Positions 48,223 to 60,474 are shown, numbered from the whole stretch's first letter. The stretch: DNA of 63,794 bases, filler included, from Globobulimina sp. (GCA_003354225.1; 56 parts of 56 records of this genome joined end to end with filler, not necessarily neighbours in it), one strand, 5' to 3'. Numbers and translations are program-made. The notes: a model not told the origin generated them from the sequence alone.

Positions 48223-48972
48223 TTATACATCAAAATTGGATGCAAATACAGGAATACCTTTTTTATTTACATAATTAGCCACATTATATGCGACCTTCGG
48301 ATTTGATACAATAAATACAGCCTCGGCATTAAACTCCTTTGCTTTCTCAACAGTCAACAATGGCAAAACTGGTCGCTTTTGTTTTGTCGTATCGTATAAT
48401 ATAACATTTGGTAGCGGTTTTAAAATATCAATAATAAATTGCGGATAATTATTTGCGTGATCTCTCGCAACCCAAACTAACGATATTTTAACTTTAAAAT
48501 ACTGCGTATTAACAACATATGGTATCAACGGAGCAATACCGGCGCCCGTTGCCAATGCAAACACCCTGTTCCAATTAAATAGACCTTGACTAAAATTCGG
48601 TGGCTTTATGCGATGAATCCAAAAAGTTCTATTATGTAATTCTCCGGTTTTTGCGTCCAATGTAAGTGATGCTGTCCAATCGCCCAAATTCTTAACTAAT
48701 ACCAATGAGCGATGACCTTTGTCTTTCTCAAATGGTAATGGCGTGATACCCATCACATGAAATTCTCTCCCATTAAATGACAATTTGCACACAGCGCCCA
48801 TTGGGGACCATATCGAAAATATTAATGCTGTGGACGAACCTGTGTTCGCTGGGATAATCTCGACATTTTTACCTTTTATTCTGTGCAGTATAAGCCAGGG
48901 ATATAAAGTCAATATAACCAAACCAACAGCAAAAATGGATGGAGTATTGACTGACAAATGGATTAATAGCTT
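48223..48972 (-). CDS. Ferredoxin-NADP reductase-like C-terminal domain of a membrane oxidoreductase
   Basis: EFH, LGDWT, ATGAGIAP, LVWV, YDT..RP, AEAVFIVSN, GIPVFASNFDV*. Confidence 0.75.
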   Translation of the reverse strand, partial: KLLIHLSVNTPSIFAVGLVILTLYPWLILHRIKGKNVEIIPANTGSSTALIFSIWSPMGAVCKLSFNGREFHVMGITPLPFEKDKGHRSLVLVKNLGDWTASLTLDAKTGELHNRTFWIHRIKPPNFSQGLFNWNRVFALATGAGIAPLIPYVVNTQYFKVKISLVWVARDHANNYPQFIIDILKPLPNVILYDTTKQKRPVLPLLTVEKAKEFNAEAVFIVSNPKVAYNVANYVNKKGIPVFASNFDV

Positions 48973-49075
48973 GGNNNNNNNNNNNNNNNNNNNNNNNNNN
49001 NNNNNNNNNNNNNNNNNNTTAATTAATTAANNNNNNNNNNNNNNNNNNNNNNNNNNNNNNNNNNNNNNNNNNNNC

Positions 49076-49555
49076 GCAACAGCAATCTTTGCCGATGCAG
49101 TAACCAACAAAACGTGCAATCAATATGATGTTCATATAAAATGGTGTAATAAAGTATCAGATTTTTATATGGGTTATATCCATACTAATGCTCATGAATG
49201 GATTAAAAATGGCTCATTACAGCATTGTATTGGAAGTTATAACAATTCAAAATATTCAGTAGGTTTTCATGTATATTCCGGCTGTAACGATTTTATGATT
49301 TATGATAAAGTCCATCCAAGAGGGACTCCCTCTGATCAGTTTGTTGGAAAACTTGGCGAAGGCGACGTCGACATATTTATCATGTCATTTAATTTTAGTA
49401 AAAATGAATTGATTGTTTATTGGAATGGGGGAAAAGTACATTCAATGTCATTGCACGGTGCTAAAATTATAATACCTGCATTCTCTTTCTACAGAAATGG
49501 AGAAGGAATTGAAATTCTGAAAAATGAATTTTCAAGCAAGCCGAAAGAAAATTAA
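49076..49555 (+). CDS. SPRY/B30.2-like domain fragment
   Basis: FYMGYI..GDVDIFIMSFNFSKNELIVYWNG..IIPAFSFY. Confidence 0.55.
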   Translation, partial: ATAIFADAVTNKTCNQYDVHIKWCNKVSDFYMGYIHTNAHEWIKNGSLQHCIGSYNNSKYSVGFHVYSGCNDFMIYDKVHPRGTPSDQFVGKLGEGDVDIFIMSFNFSKNELIVYWNGGKVHSMSLHGAKIIIPAFSFYRNGEGIEILKNEFSSKPKEN

Positions 49556-49749
49556 TGCCAAAACACTTTTTCCTTTGTTGCCTCTAACTGAACTAAATTA
49601 AACTTCACGTCATGATTCTGTTTATTGCTGTGGCTTATTCCCTGCTGCAAACATGTATGTTATCCAGATAACTTATCAAGACACACGGCTACAAACTGGT
49701 TCTTTTTGTTTGCCAAATTCTAAATATATACGAAATAGTTGAATGCACT

Positions 49750-50114
49750 GTGTATCAGTACCACTCTCGCGCCGGCAGTCCAGTAATGAGTGAGTTTATG
49801 GATGCATCCGTTGGTCATTCACCGTATTCATCATCACCAAATTCTCCACAAGATTACAGATCATTACAAAACTCACCAGTCCCGTTACCAGACGCACATG
49901 ATCCATATCCGGAGATTGATTACCATTTATTAAGAGAGTCTTTGCAGGAACCCCATTCTATTCAAAGTGGTGTAGATTTTATCGAGTGGACTCTTGATAG
50001 TTGCTATTGTCCGTCATGTACAAGTTCCGGATTTATTAAATTAAATGTTGAATGCAAGCATTTACTTCAAAACAATACGGAAGATGGCTCGTTTGATGAA
50101 TTATTTCGAATTCC
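49750..50114 (+). CDS. Hypothetical protein, N-terminal fragment
   Basis: S/P-rich ORF with CYCPSC; start uncertain. Confidence 0.35.
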
Positions 50115-50214
50115 NNNNNNNNNNNNNNNNNNNNNNNNNNNNNNNNNNNNNNNNNNNNTTAATTAATTAANNNNNNNNNNNNNNNNNNNNNNNNNNNNNN
50201 NNNNNNNNNNNNNN

Positions 50215-50478
50215 GTTGATGGCACGTGCGATCTGAGAACAGACATTGGCAAATATAGAATTTATCGTCATGGGGTTCTCAAAGCAGAGGTGGAAGACGT
50301 GAGGGATTATTGGCCAGAAGATTCAGTGGCATTTTTGATTGGATGTTCCTTTTCCGTCGATGGTGCACTACTCGCCGCTGGGATTAGATTGGGATCTGTC
50401 GAACAGAAACGAAATGTTCCCATGTATAGAACTAACATTCCTTGTGTCCCGGCAGGCAAATGGAAAGGGAATATGGTT
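50215..50478 (+). CDS. DUF1445 / D-glutamate cyclase-like fragment
   Basis: DLRTD..YRIYRHG..DYW..VAFLIGCSFS..RNVPMYRTNIPCVPAG..GNMV. Confidence 0.85.
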
Positions 50479-50672
50479 TGCCTGAGGGCAGCCCTGTTCA
50501 TGGCGATATAGCATTGAACCAGTTTATGTGGATGCGTCCAATACCTGGATATGCTCAATATCGTGGCCCGCTCGAAGGTTTATATATGTGCAGCGTTGCC
50601 ACTCACCCCGGCTGTGGTGTAACTGGTATCAGTGGTAGAAATGCAGCTCGTCAAGTGTTGAGTGACGGATAA
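50469..50672 (+). CDS. Phytoene-desaturase-like / PYROXD2 C-terminal fragment
   Basis: YGLPEG..HGDIALNQ..MRP.PG..QYR.PLEGLYMC...HPGCGVTGISGRNAA. Confidence 0.85.
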   Translation, partial: EYGLPEGSPVHGDIALNQFMWMRPIPGYAQYRGPLEGLYMCSVATHPGCGVTGISGRNAARQVLSDG

Positions 50673-50712
50673 TTACATCGAAGAAATAATTTAAATCAAA
50701 ATGCAAAGATAG

Positions 50713-50910
50713 CAGACTGGAGAGAATGAGAATGGTGAATACATAGAGTTTACACACAAATTAAAACAAGGTGTTTGTAATCATTCCCACGCAATGTATA
50801 TTGCGAAAATAGCAGGAATTCCCGACAGCATTTTAAGAGACTCAGCTAAAACATTCGAAAAGTTATCCTCTAAGAAAAACAAACTCAAAAAAAAACTTGT
50901 CACTTCATGA
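50713..50910 (+). CDS. MutS-family C-terminal fragment (MSH1-like)
   Basis: FTHKLKQGVCNHSHAMYIAKIAGIPDSIL; not in the ORF track. Confidence 0.75.
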   Translation, partial: QTGENENGEYIEFTHKLKQGVCNHSHAMYIAKIAGIPDSILRDSAKTFEKLSSKKNKLKKKLVTS

Positions 50911-51007
50911 GAGTTAAGCTGTCGCGCGTAATATGCTCATATTTTACAGCTAGGGTCAATATTTATTAACTACAGTACAACGGAGAAACATATTACAATT
51001 AACGATG

Positions 51008-51254
51008 TCATTTTGATATTTCAAACAATCTCGGTCCAGGGCCAAGTGGTGTATCATCAGTAACAACTTTGCAATGAATTTTCTTTTTATCCGACCATCC
51101 GCATGAATTCATATTAAAAAACTGTTTACATGCCAATGGTGTTGCATCTATGATATTATAATTTGCATCATCTTCCACCCAACACGCCGGGCAGAATCTA
51201 CAACTTCCATTGTTGCACAATTGGAGGTATTGGTTGCAGAGCAACATTGTAAAT
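51008..51254 (-). CDS. Cys-rich, possibly Zn-finger fragment
   Basis: CRFCPAC and CKQFF..SCGW..IHC. Confidence 0.3.
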
Positions 51255-51354
51255 NNNNNNNNNNNNNNNNNNNNNNNNNNNNNNNNNNNNNNNNNNNNTT
51301 AATTAATTAANNNNNNNNNNNNNNNNNNNNNNNNNNNNNNNNNNNNNNNNNNNN

Positions 51355-51788
51355 AATGCATTCATATTTTGTTTATTATTGACAGCGCCGCCATGGCCAT
51401 TAAAATGTGATAAGTGACCAAGCACATTTTGCAATAAGTCTTTGTTTTGATTTTGATTCCGATTTTGTTGATTATTTTGAAGCATATTATTCATATTTTT
51501 TTGTGATTGCAGCTGATTTGCTTTCAAAAGACCAAAATTTTGTAACATGGCAGTAACGTCAATGTTACCCACTGGTGATCGATTCGGTGGATTGGTGGCT
51601 CTGTTGTTATTCATGTTGTTCATGTTATTAATGTTATTGTTGTACGGGTTGTTTCCAGCAGGTATACGATTATTATTTGTATTCACGTTATTACCCAATA
51701 ATTGACTGAATTGACGATTTTGTTGCGGTAATAACGAGGAGGAACTGGACGCATTGGGACCAAATGGGTTTAGAGACTGGTTGTTCAT
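51355..51788 (-). CDS. N/Q-rich protein, N-terminal fragment
   Basis: ATG ORF, low complexity. Confidence 0.55.
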
Positions 51789-51857
51789 GTTAACGACAGT
51801 TGAGTTTATGTCAGATTAATCATTTTATAGTGAAAACTTTAACTAGCATCACAATAA

Positions 51858-52300
51858 TCATTTTTTATTAATGACCAGCCAATATTCAGCTCTTTCTCTA
51901 TACACTTCTTTACATAAAATATTATACCCTGTTGCATTATATTTTTTTCTTATTTTTGCCGATGATGACGACCATATCGTGTTTATCCAATTATACCTAG
52001 ATCTGGACCGATAATTTACTGCTCTAACAATTATTTTATTGAATATTCCTGATTCAATCAATGATAATAGACTTATAATTGAGAATGAATACGATCTATC
52101 TCCCGTGGCATTTGTAGTTCTAATAATCATAGTTTTGACATTTTCAAATATTCCAAAAATAACATCCGATTTAAATAAATTCTTCAAGTCATTCTTATCT
52201 CTCCTGTTCTCACTAAATGCCAATCTCTCTTCCAATCCAAACATAAATAAATCTCTCAATTCACCATAAATAAATGATTTGCGTTATTTAATTCACGTAA
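51858..52300 (-). CDS. C-terminal domain related to the ART-like family member at 59335-60229
   Basis: NLFKSDVIFGIFENVKTMII..YSFSIISLLSLIE..FNKIIV..NWI aligns by eye with NLFKPLLFELFPNMNEIII..YTLNIYNLLSIID..FHRIII..NWL. Confidence 0.55.
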
Positions 52301-52494
52301 ATTTAATGAAAGCTCTTGCTTATTTCGTGAAAACGACACAAATGTTGAATATACATAATGATCAAATGCATTGCTTCCTGCTTTGTAGAACATANNNNNN
52401 NNNNNNNNNNNNNNNNNNNNNNNNNNNNNNNNNNNNNNTTAATTAATTAANNNNNNNNNNNNNNNNNNNNNNNNNNNNNNNNNNNNNNNNNNNN

Positions 52495-53508
52495 AAATGG
52501 TTGAATTTACCAAATGAAGCATCAAACATTTTGATTTCTAAAATGTATCAAATAGGTTTGCGTTGTTCGTTGATTTTGATATCGTTTTTATTGGATATCT
52601 TTTATTTGAAGTTGTTTGATACGAATTCAGCAATGATCCAAAAGTATGGAAATGTTGTTACGATATTGTTAATTGCCGGACTTATTTTATTTATTACATG
52701 GACTTTGTTTATAATCTTTGAATTATTTGTGTCAAAATGGCATCATTTCTGCTGTAATATGGTCGCTTCTAAGCACAATAAATTTGGTTTATTAATTCCA
52801 ATCGAAGAATTCACACAAAACTGCCAAGATATATTTTCATCATTTATGACTGCGATGTCGCTGAAGAGTGAACCATCGGAAGAATTGTATCATGTGGGAC
52901 CGCAAATAAATGCAATTGTTGTGTTTGTTATTTTGGTGTTGGAAATAGTTCTTGTATTGGTACGTTTTTCTATGTACACTGTCTGCTCTTATTAATAGAA
53001 AATGTTTATATTTTTCCTACAGATTTCCAGTGTGGTATCATTTGACTCATGTAATAAATATATACAACAAAATTCATTTTTACTATATCAAATTGTGGCG
53101 ATGAGTGTTGCTGCATTTTTATGCATCGCCGCAGTTTATATTATAATACTCAAGAAGTTGGAGAAATTTTATCATTGTATTCGATTGATCATTGGGTATT
53201 GTTTTCCATCTTTTGTCTCTGGACTTTGTGTATATTTTTGGATGCTTTATTTTTATGGGACTAATAATTGTGAACAAAATGGACTGTTGATAATAGGAAT
53301 AGTTTTGATGTTTATTGGTTGTGCGATATCATTATGGGGACATATTTTTTACAAATTATTGTTGTTTTGTTTTACAAATTATTGTTGTTTTACAAATTAT
53401 TGTTGTGGTGTTTTATGGTGTGTTTTACAAATTATTGTTGTTTTGTTAGGGTGTGTTTTGTTATTGTTGTTTTGTTATGGTGTGTTTTACAAATTATTGA
53501 TTTCTTAG
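52495..53508 (+). CDS. Multi-pass membrane protein, intron 52960-53022
   Basis: Hydrophobic ORFs joined in phase 0; 3' end carries TTTTACAAATTATTG repeats. Confidence 0.6.
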
Positions 53509-53636
53509 TGTTTTGAAGATTATTTTGGTGGAGTNNNNNNNNNNNNNNNNNNNNNNNNNNNNNNNNNNNNNNNNNNNNTTAATTAATTAANNNNNNNNNN
53601 NNNNNNNNNNNNNNNNNNNNNNNNNNNNNNNNNNTG

Positions 53637-54229
53637 CAACGGCAGCTACAACAGTCCGAGTCGCAAAACGAAATAATACATCCGGTGTCGCCGCAGCCGC
53701 CGCCGCCAATTGTGCCCATTACGTCGCCGTTGACGCACACGAAGCCCGCACATTATTCGTATGGAAGTAGTAATTTGCACAATAAAAAAAGGTCACTGTA
53801 CAATAAATGCAATCAGACCAATGCAGTGGAGCATATTCACACCGATTCTTCGGAAGAGGAACGGTCGTCGCTGTCGGCATTATCGCCCAATATATCGCCA
53901 CCGGTCGCGGCGAATCATAATAAAAACAATGATGGGAACCGAGCAGGTCAGTCAGTTAACAGTTTTGTTGCAAATAATAAACCTAAACCAGTAAAGAGTA
54001 ATAGTCGTAATCATAATAAACAACTCCGTACAAATAGGTTTTGATTTTTTTTTTTGAACTTAGGTTTTTTTTTGTGTTATTTGATATTTCTATTATAGCT
54101 CAGCAGAGTCGTCGGCAAATACAGGAGAGAATGATAAAAGCGGCGGTGGACGTACTTCGACCTATTGATATTCCAACGATAACAGCCAAGTATGACCATA
54201 ATAATGAGACAGATTTTGTGTTTGAATGA
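53637..54229 (+). CDS. Low-complexity protein C-terminus, probably two exons
   Basis: P/S/N-rich ORF, T-rich intron-like gap near 54039-54098, short final exon. Confidence 0.45.
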
Positions 54230-54776
54230 GTGTGATTGGTACAGACAGTGTGATGTGTATTGTTTTGTTGCTGTGTCTTTTTTTTTAATGAGATTTTATT
54301 TTCCTTCCCTTCTCGTTTTTTTTTCAGTTTGCGTTTTTTTTTCTCGATTTGTATAAATCTGACATATTCTAAATGCTTTTTTTCATTTTATTGTTATTTT
54401 AATTATTGTTTTATTTTATTTTTATTGTTTACATCCTGCATATTTGATATTGACACTGTATACGTTTTTTTCTTTTGTTTTTTTGTGGATGACAAAAGTT
54501 TATTGCTGTAATGAATGAAATGATTGATTTTTTTGTGTCTAATTACATTTTATATCTTTTTTTTTTGACATGAGTCATTATTGTATTTTCTCCCAATTTA
54601 TACGCAGGTATCATCATCGTACAACTACGATAACCGCGCACCTCACCTTGTTTTCCTTTGTACCAAACCCCGGANNNNNNNNNNNNNNNNNNNNNNNNNN
54701 NNNNNNNNNNNNNNNNNNTTAATTAATTAANNNNNNNNNNNNNNNNNNNNNNNNNNNNNNNNNNNNNNNNNNNNCG

Positions 54777-55757
54777 GCTACTTTTGGTGCAATTATAGCT
54801 CAAATGTGCTCTCAACCATTAATTTTAGGCTATTTACTGGGTGGTTCTCTTGTGGGTCCCGGCGGTCTTAAATTAATCCAACAATACATTCAAGTTGAAA
54901 CATTAGCACATATTGGCAGCATATTCTTATTATTTAATGTCGGAATGCAATTTAAATTTGATAAAATGAAAAAATATTTGTGTTTAAGTATATTTTCATT
55001 CGGTTTATGTTGCTTTGTTTTATACATATTATGTTATGTATGGTTTTATTTGTTTTCCAATGAAAATGAATTCAATCTGATTAATGTAACGATATTTGTA
55101 TTTGCTGCGCTAAATACATCGACAACGATTGTTTTAAAAACATGGAGTGATTTGTATGCAGCAAATGATAATAATCAATCAAAAAAAATAATTGTTGCAA
55201 TTTTATTATTGCAAGATATATATTTTATATCTTTTATGGCTATTTTTTCGTCAGCAACACAACAACAGGCAAATGAAAATTTTATATACAAATTATTTAT
55301 TGTGATAATAATACTAATAATCGTATTTACAACATTGCCATCTTTATTATGCTATTTGCGCAAATTAATATCGATTGACATTTATATATTATGTACGGTA
55401 TCATTATGCATCATTTTTACATTAATAACGCAAAATGTGTTTGAATCATCGGGCTTAGGTGCATTTACCGCTGGTTTATTGATCTCAAAATCCAATCCTT
55501 CCGCTCGTGATGATGATGAGTACAATATTGATAATGTCGATGACACTCAATTATTAAAAAAGAATTGGAGCCCAATCCGAAACATATTTAATGTGCTTTT
55601 TTTTGCGTCGATTGGAATGTTAATCAATCCCGGTTTTTTACTCATTAATTGGTCGCATACTCTATCATTAGTATTATTTGTTGGTTTTGGAAAGTTTGTC
55701 ATGATTTACTTATCAGTGTATTTTTCACAAAATAGGAAAAACAAGGGCATTATTTGA
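54777..55757 (+). CDS. CPA2 K+/H+ antiporter (KEA/TMCO3-like), partial
   Basis: QPLILGYLLGGSLVGPGGLKLI..QVETLA.IG.IFLLF.VG, ILLLQD, LGAFTAGL, PIRNIF..LFFASIGMLI.P. Confidence 0.9.
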   Translation, partial: ATFGAIIAQMCSQPLILGYLLGGSLVGPGGLKLIQQYIQVETLAHIGSIFLLFNVGMQFKFDKMKKYLCLSIFSFGLCCFVLYILCYVWFYLFSNENEFNLINVTIFVFAALNTSTTIVLKTWSDLYAANDNNQSKKIIVAILLLQDIYFISFMAIFSSATQQQANENFIYKLFIVIIILIIVFTTLPSLLCYLRKLISIDIYILCTVSLCIIFTLITQNVFESSGLGAFTAGLLISKSNPSARDDDEYNIDNVDDTQLLKKNWSPIRNIFNVLFFASIGMLINPGFLLINWSHTLSLVLFVGFGKFVMIYLSVYFSQNRKNKGII

Positions 55758-55914
55758 CATTAGAAAGAAGGTACTTTACACAAAAAAGACATTATTTTAC
55801 ACCAAAAACGTTATNNNNNNNNNNNNNNNNNNNNNNNNNNNNNNNNNNNNNNNNNNNNTTAATTAATTAANNNNNNNNNNNNNNNNNNNNNNNNNNNNNN
55901 NNNNNNNNNNNNNN

Positions 55915-56954
55915 AATAAAAAAAATCAACAAACTCGGCAGAATTATCAACAACAAAACAGACAACAATATCAGCGGAAAATACGCGATAAACAGCAACA
56001 GGTTCGTGTTTTTGATACTTTTTTACATTGAAATTATATTTGTTAAACAGAATAAACGTTTACATGATGCCCGTACGAAACAAAACTTTATGGGCCGAGG
56101 CTACCATCATCAAATGCCATTGTCGCAGCAACGCAAAATGAGGACGAATTTTATGAGCACGGATAACCAACAAAGTAATATGCAAAGCAATTACGGGCAA
56201 AGTAACAGTAACAACTCCGGAGGACAAGGGAGAGGCGGCAGAGGCAACAACAATAATAATAGCAATAGTGGCAGCAGTGGAGGAGGAGGAGGTGGCGGTG
56301 CTGGTAGCTCTGCCTTTGGCTTCCCGGTGAATGCCAACCCGATCCCGCAAGTACAGCTCAATAATAATAATAATAATGTGGCAAATGCCAAAGGTAATAA
56401 CAATCAAAACGAAGGGAATGACGATGACGATAACAAATTATTGACATTGAATGCATTATCCCCGCAATCTGATGGCGTGACGCCGTCTGCGCAAAGCAAC
56501 GCCACTCCGGGCAGTGCGGCCTTAGCCGGCGTTATGTCGCCAAAAACACCCACCATGATCGACCATGTTGTGGATAGGGTTTATTTTATCGGTATGCATC
56601 CAGTTTGAAACTGAATATTTTCATCTTTTCTGGCTTGAAACTGAATTTTCCCAGTTTGAAACTTGAATTTTTTGATACGATGTTGGTTTGAAACTGAATA
56701 CACAGCAAAAACGCAAAGTGGTTCGCGATTCGTGCAAGAAAAACTGAGCGACAAACAGTACTTTGGTTTATTTTTCAAGGAATTAAAATGCCACGTCGCA
56801 GAATTGATGGTGGACAACTTTGGCCATTATGCCATCGAGGCGCTGTTCAGTCATTGCGACGACCATCAACGCCTGATATTGGCGGCCAATCTGTCCAACC
56901 ATATGCCGCAAGTGGCGTGTCATAAACAGGGCTCCTTTTCCATCCAGGCCATGA
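55915..56954 (+). CDS. Pumilio/PUF RNA-binding protein, introns 56002-56050 and 56592-56705
   Basis: Spliced VYFI|AKTQSGSRFVQ, ELMVDNFGHYAIE, ACHKQGSFSIQ Puf repeats. Confidence 0.85.
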
Positions 56955-57055
56955 NNNNNNNNNNNNNNNNNNNNNNNNNNNNNNNNNNNNNNNNNNNNTT
57001 AATTAATTAANNNNNNNNNNNNNNNNNNNNNNNNNNNNNNNNNNNNNNNNNNNNT

Positions 57056-57743
57056 CAAATAAAAATAAAATTTAAGGATCTATATTGTGGGTGTTCTCAT
57101 ACCTTAGCAATTGATGATAATTATGGTGTTTGGTCGTGGGGATATGGTAAATATGGTAGTTTAGGCCATGGAGATGGTAATGATAGATATTCACCAACAA
57201 GAATACAATATTTTATTCAAAACAATATTAAAATTTGTAAAATATGTTGTGGTGTTTCGCATAATATATTATTATCATTAAATAACAAAGTTTTGATCTT
57301 TTTGTGTTGTGTTTTGTCTGTCATATACAAATATATTTTAATAAATAAATAAGATATTTTGTTTTGGATACAATGATCAGTATCAATGTGGCAATGGTTC
57401 AGATAAAACTGTATATTTACCACAACCAAATGAAACATTAAAAAAGCAAACAATTATTGATATTAAATGTGGTGGACATCATAATATTATTAAAACAGCA
57501 GATAAGAAATATTATTTATGGGGATATAATGAATATAATCAATGTTTATATGTCTTGACATCAATTTCGTCCTATTTTTCTGATGCAAAGGCACCACAAT
57601 ATATTAAGAAACCATTATTATTTAATTCAAATTATTTTGATAAAGATAAAGAAATTCTTGAAATGTATCCAGGATGTTATGAAACACGAATAATAATTGG
57701 TAATTGGAAAGAAAATGTTCCAAATGAAAAAGATAATTTATGA
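57056..57743 (+). CDS. RCC1-repeat protein C-terminal part, intron 57290-57353
   Basis: CGCSHTLAI..VWSWGYGKYGSLGHG, IFCFGYNDQYQCG, IKCGGHH..YLWGYNEYNQC; mostly missed by the ORF track. Confidence 0.88.
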
Positions 57744-58194
57744 TTTGCTTTACTTTTGTTTCTTCGTGTAATGATCGATCAACTTACAATTAAATAAACA
57801 GTCTTAAATCTTGCTTGCAATGTCAAGTTCAAAAGAATGGCATTGCATAGCTTGCAATGTAACCGATGTACAATGTGTAAAATTTTGCTGCGTGTATTGG
57901 TGAATCGGATACTTCAAACCTTTATGACGAGATATTCGAACGGCTTTTTGATTTGGATGAAGATCTCGTTGTTAATTTGGACATAATGTGTTTGAACTCA
58001 GTAACAAAATAAACACAAGATTTTACTAATATAACGAGTATATGTTCAATATATTTTTGAGTACGGGTCAACCATATTTGCATATGTTTATGGTNNNNNN
58101 NNNNNNNNNNNNNNNNNNNNNNNNNNNNNNNNNNNNNNTTAATTAATTAANNNNNNNNNNNNNNNNNNNNNNNNNNNNNNNNNNNNNNNNNNNN

Positions 58195-58352
58195 TGCTCA
58201 TTTTTGACTCGCTCTTTGTGTGCAAATTCACGAAATGCACTCATTTCCCGTTCATCCGATGATGTCGTTCTTTGTGCTTTCAAATCATTAATCAATCCTT
58301 TTTCTGGCGAGCCGACCACTGCCAATTTGTCACAAGACGATATTCGTTCCAT
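58195..58352 (-). CDS. Hypothetical protein, N-terminal fragment
   Basis: ATG ORF open to the contig edge, divergent from the epimerase. Confidence 0.35.
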
Positions 58353-58664
58353 TTAATAATTTTATCTTATTCTTCTTGTCAGAGTTTGATGTTTTTTTTT
58401 GTGTTAAAAAGCGGTGATATGATTGCGCGATTTACCGTAATTATAAATAATCGACCAATTGCAGCTGACCATATTTTTTTTATTGAGTCGATACATATGT
58501 TAAAAATAATTCAACTACATATTTAAATGAAACATGTACTTCAGTTATCTTGTATTAATGTATATGATCTCTTGTCAGCTTCTTCCTTTAGTTTGATGGA
58601 ATCCAATCAAGTTTTTTTATTACACACTAAAAAACTCGCGTGCAGAACAACTTGCCTTTACACA

Positions 58665-59234
58665 ATGGCAGATGAAAAAAAAGAAAACGACGGAGGAGTG
58701 AACAACAAAGGTGGTGGTGATGATGATGAAAAAAAACTGGATGGACCAACTGTTTTGGTAATGGGTGGATGTGGTTTTATTGGTCGCCATTTCGTGCAAA
58801 GTTTAGTAGCACGCGGTGACATAAATATTGTGGTCGCAGATAAATTAATCCCGCAAACAAGTTACATGACCAAAGAGATGATAGCATTATACAAAAACGC
58901 ACCAAATCTAAAAGTTGTTCATTCAGATTTATCTAAAGATCATCACATAAAAAAAGTGTTTTTTGATTTAAAATATGACTATGATTACATCATAAATTTA
59001 TGCGGAGAGACTCGATTCGGTCAATCCGACCGAGATTACAAAATAAAATGTTTAGAAACTTGTAAAAAATGCATGATTGCAGCCGGTAATTGCAAAAATT
59101 TAAAAATGTGGATTGAAGTATCAACGGCACAAATTTATCAGCCTGCAAAAAGACCATTGAATGAGAAATCAGCCATAAAACCATTTACACGCTTAGCTGA
59201 ATATAGGTATCAATGCGAACAATTAATTGAGAAA
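58665..59234 (+). CDS. NAD-dependent epimerase/dehydratase (extended SDR), 3' partial
   Basis: VLVMGGCGFIGRHFV..VVADK..IINLCGET..IEVSTAQIY. Confidence 0.85.
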
Positions 59235-59334
59235 NNNNNNNNNNNNNNNNNNNNNNNNNNNNNNNNNNNNNNNNNNNNTTAATTAATTAANNNNNNNNNN
59301 NNNNNNNNNNNNNNNNNNNNNNNNNNNNNNNNNN

Positions 59335-60229
59335 ATTTTATATTGTGACTTCACAGCTTTTTGTACCGATTTCTCAGCCACATTCAGACCAATTTATAAT
59401 AATGAAAAATTAAAAAAAATAAAAGCCAGAAATTCAAGATATCATTTTATTGCGAAATATTTAAGGGAATTAGTACAATATTATGGGATTGAAGGAGATG
59501 GTAAGAAGGTAGAATATGGTCAATTTTTTACGGGTATGTCCATATTAATGAATATTCCATCATTTGCAATCAGATTAAATGGACCAAATTCAACCAGCAA
59601 ATATAAAGAAAAAAGGAATGATTATTAAATTAAATTGTGAAGTTTTTTTCGACTGTAGCTGGCTGAGTAATTTCCCGGAGGAGGAAGAACGTTTAATATT
59701 TGGTGGAAGATTTCGATTAGAGATTGTAACCATAATTGTTATGCAAACAAAAAATAATTATAAACTACATATGCGTGCTTATTATTTATTTGATGCCATG
59801 ATTACGGGACAACCACTTGATAATATTGGTAATGTCAGTGATGTGGATGCAGATATTCTTGATTTATCCATTAATAATTATAAATTTAAATCATTGGTAA
59901 TGCATTCAGTGAAAAGACAATCTGTTTCAGATATTGCTGGTGATAATATTAATCTATTTAAACCATTATTATTTGAATTATTTCCAAATATGAATGAAAT
60001 AATAATTATTACACATCCAAAATATACATTAAATATTTATAATTTATTATCAATTATTGATTCAGCAATATTACCAAAAACATTTCATCGAATAATAATT
60101 AAAGATACAGGATATTTCAGTAATTGGTTAGTTGATGTATTTTCAGATGAAATGCGTTGTAAATTTGTTGATAGCAATTTTTCTGTTGAGTTAATAAAAA
60201 ATGAATTAATAATTTGTAAAACTAAATAG
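59335..60229 (+). pseudogene. ART-like family member with a deletion/frameshift near 59610
   Basis: ILYCD..FSATFR..FFTG..GPNSTSK then a frame change to GMIIKL..FFDCSWLSNFPEEEERLIFGG. Confidence 0.6.
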
Positions 60230-60474
60230 TTATTATCTCACATTTTAATTTATTTTTATTCTCTCACTCTCGTTTTGTAAATTATAATTAATATTTGTGT
60301 TTGTTTGTTTTTTATTCTTTTTTGTTTGAAGTTAAAGTTTTTTTATCATTTTGTAAAAATAATCATGTCCCTTTNNNNNNNNNNNNNNNNNNNNNNNNNN
60401 NNNNNNNNNNNNNNNNNNTTAATTAATTAANNNNNNNNNNNNNNNNNNNNNNNNNNNNNNNNNNNNNNNNNNNN

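Noticed and set aside
50215..50672. Real DUF1445-PYROXD2 fusion or programmed frameshift
   Set aside because: Both halves are truncated mid-domain and meet at a short overlap; a chimera is the simpler explanation.
53346..53500. Cys-rich C-terminal domain (FTNYCC repeats)
   Set aside because: Produced by a TTTTACAAATTATTG nucleotide microrepeat, not a conserved protein motif.
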